Shown here: positions 56,459 to 64,000 of the stretch, piece after piece | Layout of the letters: every line of letters starts with the position of its first letter | Numbering within the stretch: position 1 is the first letter of the stretch | Source of the DNA: Prochlorococcus sp. AG-388-E21 | GTDB lineage: Bacteria; Cyanobacteriota; Cyanobacteriia; PCC-6307; Cyanobiaceae | Length of the DNA: 64,000 nt | Direction of reading: 5' to 3' | NCBI GenBank assembly: GCA_003279855.1 | Contig: QCGO01000005.1 | Location: forward strand, 31,190-95,189 | Notes under the pieces: model-generated | Told to the model about the DNA's origin: nothing | The model's database searches: none | The model's input: the letters and a program-made list of their open reading frames with translations, nothing else | Program-made: the position numbers and the translations under genes

Positions 56459-57410
56459 TCTTAAAACTGATAATCTTTTAATTAATAAAGAAGTTAATGA
56501 AAATTTAGAAAGCATACTTAAGAGAAAAGCATTTTCCAACGGTTATATATTTTATGGTCCGGAAGGTATAGGAAAAAAACAAACCGCTATGAAATTTATT
56601 ATGGAAGTTTTTAATAAATATTCGTCTAATTCAAACATTGAAAAAAAAATCATAGATCAAAACCACCCTGATTTTTTATTAATTGAGCCTACCTACTTTT
56701 TAAAAGGGAATCTTATAAATCGTTCAGATGCTGAACCTTCAAAAAATAATAAAGAAACAATAAGAATAGAGCAAATTAGAAATTTAAAGACTTTTCTAGG
56801 TCAAAAATCCATTGATTCAGGTGGGAAAATTGTATTAATTGATGATGCTCACCTTATGAATGAAGCAGCATCTAATTGTCTTTTAAAAACGCTAGAAGAG
56901 CCCTCTAACGGTATATTTATTCTTTTAACTTCACGGCTACACTTACTTTTAGATACTATTATCTCAAGATGTCAACTTATAAGATTTAAAGCTTTTTCAT
57001 ATAAAAAGCTTGAGATTTTCATAAGAAATAATTTTGATTCTACAGTTTTTGATATTTATAAAGAAATAGACTTACAATATTTTATTAATTCAGCAAATGG
57101 CTCTCCAGGAAAAATACTGAAAGATATAAAAATTTGGAACCAATTACCAAATGAAATTAAAGAAAACTTGGACTTTCCATTAAGTGATAATTTAGAAATA
57201 CTAAAAATCACAAAGATAATATCTGAAGAACTAGATATTGATCAACAAATATTTTTAATAAATTTTATACAACAAAAATGTTGGGCAAAAACTAAAAACA
57301 AAAACATTCTCAAAAAACTAGAGAATTTGAAATTACATCTGAAAAGTTTTATACAACCAAGATTAGCCTGGGAAGTAACTTTATTAAAAATAGCAATTGA
57401 AGATTTATAA
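56451..57410 (+). CDS. holB: DNA polymerase III delta' subunit
   Basis: [34 protein letters not shown]. Confidence 0.9.
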   Translation: MIDLKTDNLLINKEVNENLESILKRKAFSNGYIFYGPEGIGKKQTAMKFIMEVFNKYSSNSNIEKKIIDQNHPDFLLIEPTYFLKGNLINRSDAEPSKNNKETIRIEQIRNLKTFLGQKSIDSGGKIVLIDDAHLMNEAASNCLLKTLEEPSNGIFILLTSRLHLLLDTIISRCQLIRFKAFSYKKLEIFIRNNFDSTVFDIYKEIDLQYFINSANGSPGKILKDIKIWNQLPNEIKENLDFPLSDNLEILKITKIISEELDIDQQIFLINFIQQKCWAKTKNKNILKKLENLKLHLKSFIQPRLAWEVTLLKIAIEDL

Positions 57411-57439
57411 AGTTAACAGAATACTCATTTGATTAAGTT

Positions 57440-58195
57440 TTAATTTGTAGATTCCGCAAACTCTTGCATCCCATTATCAACCTGAGCACCCACAGGTAAT
57501 TCAAGGCAGTATCCTGCTCCATAAACAGTTTTTATATATTTTGGCTTGCGAGGGTCAGGTTCTAATTTTGTTCTTAAGTGTCTAACGTGAACTCTAATTG
57601 TCTCAATATCATCGTCAGGTTCATAACCCCATACTTCTTTTAATATCAATGCTGGGGAAACTGTTTGACCATGTCTTTGTAGCAAACAGTGAAGTAGCTC
57701 AAATTCTAAATGGGTAAGTCTCACGGCAGACTCGAACCAAATAGCTTCAAATCTTTCCGGAACAAGAGTAAGAGGTCCATAATTTAAAATTTCTTGTTGA
57801 TTAGTTGAATTCAATTGAGCTCTATTAGTTCTTCTCAATAAAGCTTTAATACGAACGTATAATTCCTCTAAATCAAATGGTTTTGTGATGTAATCATCAG
57901 CACCTGAATTAAATCCAGTCACTTTATCTTTAAGTCCACCCAAAGCTGTAATCATTAAAATGGGAATATTTGAAGTCCTTTCATCTCTCCGCAGTCTTTG
58001 GCATAATGTCAAACCATCAACGCTAGGTAACATTAAATCTAGAAGAATTAAATCAGGAGAATATTGAAGGGCTAAAGCTTGTCCTTTAATACCATCTTCA
58101 GCTTTTTGGACATCAAAACCAGAATGTTCAAGATGTCCAGATACTAATTCACGCATATCACGATCATCTTCTATCAATAGGATTGAAATTTTCAT
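57440..58195 (-). CDS. rpaA: OmpR-family response regulator RpaA
   Basis: [54 protein letters not shown]. Confidence 0.94.
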   Translation of the reverse strand: MKISILLIEDDRDMRELVSGHLEHSGFDVQKAEDGIKGQALALQYSPDLILLDLMLPSVDGLTLCQRLRRDERTSNIPILMITALGGLKDKVTGFNSGADDYITKPFDLEELYVRIKALLRRTNRAQLNSTNQQEILNYGPLTLVPERFEAIWFESAVRLTHLEFELLHCLLQRHGQTVSPALILKEVWGYEPDDDIETIRVHVRHLRTKLEPDPRKPKYIKTVYGAGYCLELPVGAQVDNGMQEFAESTN

Positions 58196-58616
58196 ATCTT
58201 ACAAATTATTAAACTGAAATTAAGATTTTGTATAACGATTCTCTCAACATTTTGCATTTATTGCAGACTTGATTTAAAGACTTATATAAGTTATTACAAT
58301 AAAAAAACTAATTACTTCAATGGATTAGGAGGAAATATTGACTTAAAAGAAAATATAAATTTTATAAATTCTTTCGATTTGCTTAATAATTACTTAATAA
58401 TTCAATATAAATCGACAACTAACGACAGTTAAATTTTAATCAAAATATGAATATTAATGTCTATGAAGTAATAAATGAGGGTAATTATTATCATACCAAT
58501 TGAAATCTTTTTTTTAAATAAATTTTTTTCGTAGAATAATATGTAAGTTATTAGTGACTGAAAATCTTTTTTTGATGCTAATGGTTAACTTTATTATAAA
58601 AACAAACTGAATATTA

Positions 58617-58976
58617 ATGAAAAAGAAATCTATTACTTACACCGATTTATCTAAAAAGCAGTTACTACATCTAAAAGAACTTTATATACAAAAAAAAGTT
58701 GAATCCATGAGCCAAAAAGAGTTAAAAGAATTTGTTTTAGAAATAATTAGCCATCAGATAAACGACACAATTGGAAAAGAGGAGGAAATGGAAGCATGGA
58801 TGGAAATGTCTAAATTTTATGGCGATCAATTTGAGATTATAATTTTGGAGATTCAACAAAAATTTACAAACAACGAAAACGTACAAAATTTTGAAGAAGA
58901 TTCAAAAGAGCATAGATTAGAGTTGCTTGAAAAAAATAATATCGAACAGACTAAACAAGATATGTGGGATGATTAA
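58617..58976 (+). CDS. Hypothetical acidic, helical protein
   Basis: 119-aa ORF filling the gap between rpaA and tRNA-Asn; no recognised motif. Confidence 0.7.
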   Translation: MKKKSITYTDLSKKQLLHLKELYIQKKVESMSQKELKEFVLEIISHQINDTIGKEEEMEAWMEMSKFYGDQFEIIILEIQQKFTNNENVQNFEEDSKEHRLELLEKNNIEQTKQDMWDD

Positions 58977-59040
58977 CTCTTTAGAATTAGGTTATGAGGC
59001 GCTTTTAAAGTTTTTTCACTTTAGTTATGTTGTATTAAAA

Positions 59041-59066
59041 TAAAAAAGAGACTTGTGAAAGTCTCT
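59041..59066 (-). terminator. Rho-independent terminator downstream of tRNA-Asn
   Basis: Minus strand AGAGACTT-TCAC-AAGTCTCT followed by TTTTT (8-bp stem, 4-nt loop). Confidence 0.7.
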
Positions 59067-59082
59067 GAAAGTTTATGAAAGT
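59056..59082 (+). repeat. Triple direct repeat TGAAAGT with exact 10-bp period
   Basis: Copies start at 59056, 59066 and 59076. Confidence 0.75.
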
Positions 59083-59091
59083 GGGATAAAA

Positions 59092-59163
<72 letters not shown>

Positions 59164-59172
59164 ATATATAGA

Positions 59173-59202
59173 AATTTAACTCTTACATGTACCTTATGAC
59201 AA
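59173..59202 (-). promoter_or_regulatory. Possible sigma70-type promoter for tRNA-Asn
   Basis: TTGTCA (59202-59197), 18-nt spacer, TAAATT (59178-59173), 9 nt before the tRNA 5' end. Confidence 0.35.
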
Positions 59203-59212
59203 GGGGTAACCC

Positions 59213-59896
59213 TTATTTATATTGAAAGTTAAATGGTTTCTGCCAATCTGATAAATTTCCATTCTTCATCTCTGCAACAGCATCTGCATAACTTAATTCC
59301 TCTAAACGATGAGTAATCCATAAAGCAGTGAATGGGTTTCTTTTATTTTTTGTAAGGCCCTTAATTATTTCTAAAACTGCTAATTGACTAGAACTATCTA
59401 ATAGCGCTGTGGGCTCGTCCATAAGAATGAAATTCTTATCACTTATCAATGAAGATGCAATAGTTAAACGTTGTTTTTGACCGCCACTTAATGTATGAAT
59501 CGATCTTTTATCAAATCCAGCCAATCCAACCTTGTTTAGAGCAATGTCAATTTTATTAGAAATATCTTTTCTACTTAAATTTTGATTAATATTAAGAAGA
59601 AGTTCACTCCTACAGTTTGGCATTAATATTTGATGATCAGGATTCTGAAAAACCATCCCAATGTTCGCTAATTTATTTATGACTCCATTGCTTGGTTTTA
59701 GAAGCCCATTAATTAACTTAAGCAAAGTACTCTTTCCGCTTCCATTTTTACCAACAATCATCCATAACCCAGTTTTATTAATAGAAAAATTACAATTATT
59801 TATTACATGCTCATTTTTTCCTGGCCATGAAAAACTCACATTTTTGAAAGTTACATTAGGTACTCCATTTTGTAAAGTATCCTCAATCTCAATCAT
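59213..59896 (-). CDS. ABC ATP-binding protein, EcfA/CbiO-like
   Basis: GKNGSGKS, FQNPDHQ Q-loop, LSGGQKQR, MDEPT, ITH. Confidence 0.85.
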   Translation of the reverse strand: MIEIEDTLQNGVPNVTFKNVSFSWPGKNEHVINNCNFSINKTGLWMIVGKNGSGKSTLLKLINGLLKPSNGVINKLANIGMVFQNPDHQILMPNCRSELLLNINQNLSRKDISNKIDIALNKVGLAGFDKRSIHTLSGGQKQRLTIASSLISDKNFILMDEPTALLDSSSQLAVLEIIKGLTKNKRNPFTALWITHRLEELSYADAVAEMKNGNLSDWQKPFNFQYK

Positions 59897-59897
59897 T

Positions 59898-60167
59898 TTA
59901 AATATCTAAGGAAAATCCAGGTCTTTTTGATCCCCCAGCAACTGCTGACTTTTCATATATCTGAACAGAAATAACTTCTTTAGCAAGAACAGTTATCAAT
60001 TTATCCTGAACTTTTTCACAACTTAACTCGATTAAAGAGGAGTTTTGATTATCACTGTTCATAAAATCTTTGATTTCATCATAGATTCTTTTAATATCCT
60101 CATACTCTTTCTTCTGAATTGAAAGGGGAAAGGGGGAATATCTTAGACTTATTTCAAGAGAATACAT
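59898..60167 (-). CDS. Conserved cyanobacterial hypothetical protein
   Basis: 89 aa with LSCEK and C-terminal RPGF; 1 nt upstream of the ABC ATPase start. Confidence 0.7.
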   Translation of the reverse strand: MYSLEISLRYSPFPLSIQKKEYEDIKRIYDEIKDFMNSDNQNSSLIELSCEKVQDKLITVLAKEVISVQIYEKSAVAGGSKRPGFSLDI

Positions 60168-60322
60168 AAAAAAGTTGTAAATTTTATATTATAAACAAAC
60201 TATAGAACAATCTTTTCTAAGAAGTTGTTTTGAAATTAAGTTCAATTTAAAATTTTTTTATAAAAGACATATAAATACATTTAAACTAATAGTGAACAAA
60301 TTTAATTTTGTAAAACTTTTCC

Positions 60323-61291
60323 ATGGAAATAGCAGGTGATATTACTTCTTTAGTTGGCAACACACCATTAGTAAAATTAGATCGCATAAAAAAATACTGT
60401 AATTGTCATCCAGAAATAATAGCGAAACTTGAAAGTTTTAATCCATCAGCATCTGTCAAAGATCGTATCGCTTATTCGATGTTAAGTTCAGCGGAAAAAG
60501 ATGGTTTAATTTTACCGGGGAAAACAACATTAATTGAAGCAACAAGTGGAAATACTGGAATTGCTTTAGCAATGGTTGCAGCAGCTAAAGGTTATAGATT
60601 GATATTAACTATGCCAGATACTATGAGTATTGAGAGAAGGGCAATGCTAAGAGCATATGGGGCAGAATTACAACTCACTCCAGGTATAGAAGGAATGAAA
60701 GGTGCACTAGATTTAGCAAGTGAATTATCTTCAAGTATTCCAAATAGCTTTCAGTTTAATCAGTTTGAAAATCTTGCAAATCCAGAAATTCATGAAAGAA
60801 CCACAGCTAAAGAAATTTGGGATCAATCTAATCAAACTATTGATGGATTAGTTACTGGAGTTGGTACTGGAGGAACCATTACTGGATGTTCTAGATTTCT
60901 AAAAAAAGTTAATCCAAATTGCAAAATATATGCAGTAGAGCCCGCAAAAAGCGCTGTAATTTCAGGAGAAAAAGCTGGTTCTCATTCTATCCAGGGGATC
61001 GGTGCAGGCTTCGTTCCTAAGGTACTTGATACTCAATTAATAGATGAAATTCTCAAGATAGAGGATGATGAAGCATTTTATTATGGGAGGTTATTAGCTC
61101 GATTAGAGGGTCTTTTATCAGGAATTAGTAGTGGAGCTGCTTTGGCAGCAACAATCAAAATAGGTCAAAGGGAAGAACTTAGTAATCAAAGATTAATAGT
61201 GATTCTTCCAAGTTTTGGTGAAAGATACTTATCTACAGCAATGTTTGAATCAAACACTGTAATTAAAGCTAGAGAAGACGGTTATCTATAG
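60323..61291 (+). CDS. cysK: Cysteine synthase A (O-acetylserine thiol-lyase)
   Basis: GNTPLV, SASVKDRI (PLP lysine), TSGNTG, GVGTGGT, ERYLST. Confidence 0.95.
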   Translation: MEIAGDITSLVGNTPLVKLDRIKKYCNCHPEIIAKLESFNPSASVKDRIAYSMLSSAEKDGLILPGKTTLIEATSGNTGIALAMVAAAKGYRLILTMPDTMSIERRAMLRAYGAELQLTPGIEGMKGALDLASELSSSIPNSFQFNQFENLANPEIHERTTAKEIWDQSNQTIDGLVTGVGTGGTITGCSRFLKKVNPNCKIYAVEPAKSAVISGEKAGSHSIQGIGAGFVPKVLDTQLIDEILKIEDDEAFYYGRLLARLEGLLSGISSGAALAATIKIGQREELSNQRLIVILPSFGERYLSTAMFESNTVIKAREDGYL

Positions 61292-61307
61292 GCTAAGGTA
61301 TTTAGAT

Positions 61308-61985
61308 ATGATCAAAAATCTATATAAAGAATTAGAGGTAAAAGAAAATGCAACTCAAGGTGAAATTAAATCTTCTTATCGTCGCTTAGTTAAACAACAT
61401 CACCCCGATGCAGGAGGTGAAAAAGATAGATTTCTTGCAATACAAGATGCATGGGAGACTCTTAATGATCCTTTTAAAAAAGAACAATATGATAAAACCC
61501 TATTTTCATTAAAACAATCATCTAATTTAAGAAATGAAAATTGGCAAGAGAAAATAAATACAACAAAATATAGTTCTACAGTAAAAGATAATGAAGTTAA
61601 AAATTGGATTAAAAATATTTATAATCCTACAAATAGATTTATTAGCCAAATAATTAAACCTTTGAGTCAAGAAATAAAAGAGCTATCTGCTGATCCATAT
61701 GATGAAGAATTGATGGATAATTTTTGCAGTTACATTACTGTTTCCCAAAGAAAAATTGAAAAAGTTGATAAACTTTATAAGTCAATATCTGTGCCGAATT
61801 CAATATCCTCTTTAGGTTTAGATCTTTATCATTGTTTTTCTCAAGTTAAAGATGCTTTATCGGAACTGGATAAGTATACACAAGGATATGTAGATGATTA
61901 TTTATTTGATGGCAAAGAAATGATGAAAGAAGCAAAAAGAATCCAATCAAAAATGGCTTATGATAAAAAATCTATAATTTCCTGA
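61308..61985 (+). CDS. J-domain co-chaperone (class III DnaJ-like)
   Basis: LYKELEV..IKSSYRRLVKQHHPD..AWETL; no zinc finger. Confidence 0.85.
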   Translation: MIKNLYKELEVKENATQGEIKSSYRRLVKQHHPDAGGEKDRFLAIQDAWETLNDPFKKEQYDKTLFSLKQSSNLRNENWQEKINTTKYSSTVKDNEVKNWIKNIYNPTNRFISQIIKPLSQEIKELSADPYDEELMDNFCSYITVSQRKIEKVDKLYKSISVPNSISSLGLDLYHCFSQVKDALSELDKYTQGYVDDYLFDGKEMMKEAKRIQSKMAYDKKSIIS

Positions 61986-61989
61986 ATAA

Positions 61990-62232
61990 CTATTCTGCAA
62001 CTATATATTCTTTCATTTGGTCTAATTTAAACCAAGCATCTGGTACTGGCCTACGCCACCTTACTTGAGCATATTCTTCTTTAATACTTAGAATTTCCCC
62101 AGGGCCTTCAAATATATAACTAGGTAAATCTTTATCACTAGCTAATGCTTCGACACTTTTATCATAAATACTTTTATCTATGAAGACTAAGCTTCCTTTC
62201 TTAAGAGGCTTCTTGGCTATCGAATCAGTCAT
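61990..62232 (-). CDS. ndhO: NDH-1 subunit O
   Basis: LKKGSLV, SVEALASD, YIFEGPGEIL, VRWRRPVPDAW; ATG 62232 preferred over 62277. Confidence 0.88.
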   Translation of the reverse strand: MTDSIAKKPLKKGSLVFIDKSIYDKSVEALASDKDLPSYIFEGPGEILSIKEEYAQVRWRRPVPDAWFKLDQMKEYIVAE

Positions 62233-62374
62233 GATGAGATTTATTAATTTATTTATATTTCTAAATTTATTATACAAAAACTTTTTTCATTGATTTTTTT
62301 TAAATTGATTACATCATAATAATTACAATCAATACAAAATTTTAATAGTCTAGATTCATTACTTAATTAAAAAT

Positions 62375-63307
62375 ATGCGTCTGCTACTCCTTGGATGTAC
62401 GGGTTTTGTGGGGAAAGAGTTAGTCCCAGCTTTACTCAAAGAAGGCCACGAACTTTGCATTATAAGTAGAAAAAATATTAATAATTTGAAGATAAATATT
62501 CCGCTTAATAAATTTAAATTTCTTAAAATAGATCTTTCAAAAAAACAAAGTTGGAGCAATGAAAATCTATTAATTAATTTAAAAGATTCTGATGGGATAA
62601 TTAATTTAATAGGTGAACCAATAGCAGATAAAAAATGGACTGATATTCAAAAAGAAGAAATTGAAAAAAGTAGAATTAATTCAACTAAGTTTTTGATGGA
62701 AGCCCTGAAAAAATCCAGAATCAATCCAAAAGTCATAGTAAACGGTTCGGCAATAGGTTTTTATGGAACAAGTTTAACTCAAGAGTTCAATGAAAATAGT
62801 CAGAGTGGTAACGATTTTTTAGCTAACCTTTGCAATAAATGGGAGGAAGTTGCGAACGGAAAACCATTTTTCTCAAGATTAGTAATTTTTAGAATCGGGA
62901 TAGTTTTAGAAGCAGAAGGAGGAGCACTAGGAAAAATGCTTCCAGTATTTAAAATTGGACTGGGAGGTCCAATCGGAGATGGGAATCAATGGATGAGTTG
63001 GATTCATAGGAGTGATTTATGTGGATTAATAATTAAAGCTTTAGTAGATAAACAATTTTCTGGGGTATATAACGCTGTTGCACCGGAGCCAGTATTAATG
63101 AAGTATTTCTCCAAAACTTTAGGTAGATGCCTGCAAAGACCAGATCTACTCCCAGTGCCAGGAACAATACTCAAATTGTTATTAGGTGATGGAGCAAAAC
63201 TAGTACTAGAGGGCCAAAAAGTAATCAGTATTAAATTACAAGAAAAAATATATAAATTTAAATATCCTCTTCTTGAGAAAGCCATTTACGCCTCCACCAA
63301 GAATTAA
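62375..63307 (+). CDS. YfcH/TIGR01777-type NAD-dependent epimerase family protein
   Basis: LGCTGFVG, INLIGEPI, SAIGFYG, LGGPIGDGNQWMSWIH. Confidence 0.9.
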   Translation: MRLLLLGCTGFVGKELVPALLKEGHELCIISRKNINNLKINIPLNKFKFLKIDLSKKQSWSNENLLINLKDSDGIINLIGEPIADKKWTDIQKEEIEKSRINSTKFLMEALKKSRINPKVIVNGSAIGFYGTSLTQEFNENSQSGNDFLANLCNKWEEVANGKPFFSRLVIFRIGIVLEAEGGALGKMLPVFKIGLGGPIGDGNQWMSWIHRSDLCGLIIKALVDKQFSGVYNAVAPEPVLMKYFSKTLGRCLQRPDLLPVPGTILKLLLGDGAKLVLEGQKVISIKLQEKIYKFKYPLLEKAIYASTKN

Positions 63308-63527
63308 TTCCATTAGCTACCGCACTTACAATTAAAATAGTGATTAAAGGTGTGATGAGTGGATTCCAAAGATTCTGAAAAATATTAAGGAAAATAAATA
63401 CTCCATTAATTTGCATAATTACTGCAAAAATAAAAAATATTGCAAAAAAAATAACAACGAATAAATTTATCAATAAAAAGTTATCAATAATCACTTTCAA
63501 ATTTGATTCAGATTTCTGCTTAGTCAT
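63258..63527 (-). CDS. Small two-TM hypothetical membrane protein
   Basis: Two hydrophobic segments, FQNLWNPLI, SWWRRK; ATGA overlap with the upstream gene. Confidence 0.65.
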   Translation of the reverse strand: MTKQKSESNLKVIIDNFLLINLFVVIFFAIFFIFAVIMQINGVFIFLNIFQNLWNPLITPLITILIVSAVANGINSWWRRKWLSQEEDI

Positions 63528-64000
63528 TTTTCATGAAACCCTTCTATATCATTAATTATCTTAAGACATGAATTACTCTCTCCGATTCTTAGACTTGCAT
63601 TATCAAGACAAGAAATCAAAAACTTTTTGTCTAGCTTTATCATATAAATAACTTTAAGGATTAGATTTATTGTCTGATTTATTTGATCTTTCTTATTTAT
63701 ATAATTAGTAGAACAAAAAACATATCTACCAAGTAATCGTCTTTGAGCTTCTGCAAAAGATTTTGTAAATTGCGGACCATTACCTTCAATTTGAATAACT
63801 GGCTTTGCTAAACCGATTGCCTGCTCTGATGCAGTTCCAGCCATACTTATTACGAAATTACTTTTAAATAATATTTCTTCAAACAAATTCCAATTCAAAT
63901 TAATCGTAATAAATCCATATGTAAATTCTAGACCATCATTTTTTCCTTTTTTTTCTACATAAATCCATTTTCTTTTATTTAGTATCTGCCTAATTTCCTC
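63524..64000 (-). CDS. Lipid-A-disaccharide synthase-related protein, C-terminal part (5' end outside window)
   Basis: Frame is open to 64000 (EEIRQILNKRKWIYVEKK...); ISMAGTASEQAIGL, GPQFTKSFAEAQRRLLG. Confidence 0.78.
   Translation of the reverse strand, partial: EEIRQILNKRKWIYVEKKGKNDGLEFTYGFITINLNWNLFEEILFKSNFVISMAGTASEQAIGLAKPVIQIEGNGPQFTKSFAEAQRRLLGRYVFCSTNYINKKDQINQTINLILKVIYMIKLDKKFLISCLDNASLRIGESNSCLKIINDIEGFHEK

Noticed and set aside
58481-58496. GTA...TAC resembling an NtcA box upstream of rpaA
   Set aside because: Spacer is 10 nt, not the required GTA-N8-TAC.
59201-59214. AAGGG-GTAA-CCCTT hairpin at the ABC ATPase stop
   Set aside because: Only a 5-bp stem and no U tract on the minus strand; too weak to call a terminator.
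59661-63285. ORFs 59661-59909, 62359-62559 and 63004-63285
   Set aside because: Antisense to the ABC ATPase and the epimerase.

Overview
Very AT-rich, densely packed core-genome segment of a marine picocyanobacterium, most consistent with a high-light Prochlorococcus marinus (inferred from gene content and low GC). It runs from the 3' end of relA/spoT to a partial lipid-A-disaccharide-synthase-like gene and holds about 65 housekeeping CDSs plus one tRNA-Asn(GTT). Content: NDH-1 subunits (ndhA/I/G/E, H, D, F, M, O), phylloquinone genes (menF/A/C/E, DHNA-CoA thioesterase), carotenoid genes (crtB, pds, Z-ISO-like), the rpaB-plsX-fabH-fabD-plsC lipid run, regulators (rpaA, rpaB, ycf29/Rre1-like, rbcR, pedR-like), translation/tRNA genes (mnmE, argS, prfB, ybeY, rsmH, tsaB, tRNA nucleotidyltransferase), and a Cu-type P1B ATPase. 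I see no integrase, transposase, CRISPR array, prophage or defence island, and no convincing new multi-gene system. The best second-look items are small. (1) scpA has its conserved N-terminus upstream of the first canonical start and behind an in-frame ATG-AAG-ATA-TCT-TGA. (2) PlsX carries a ~120-aa N-terminal extension with an uncharged heptad-periodic repeat. (3) prfB has its programmed +1 frameshift, which the ORF track misses. (4) ycf34 and a probable CC-adding enzyme overlap head-to-head. (5) An MBL-fold protein lacks most metal ligands. (6) The tRNA-Asn 3' flank has a 10-bp-phased triple repeat and an orphan acidic ORF. All family assignments come from recognising motifs; no database search was run.
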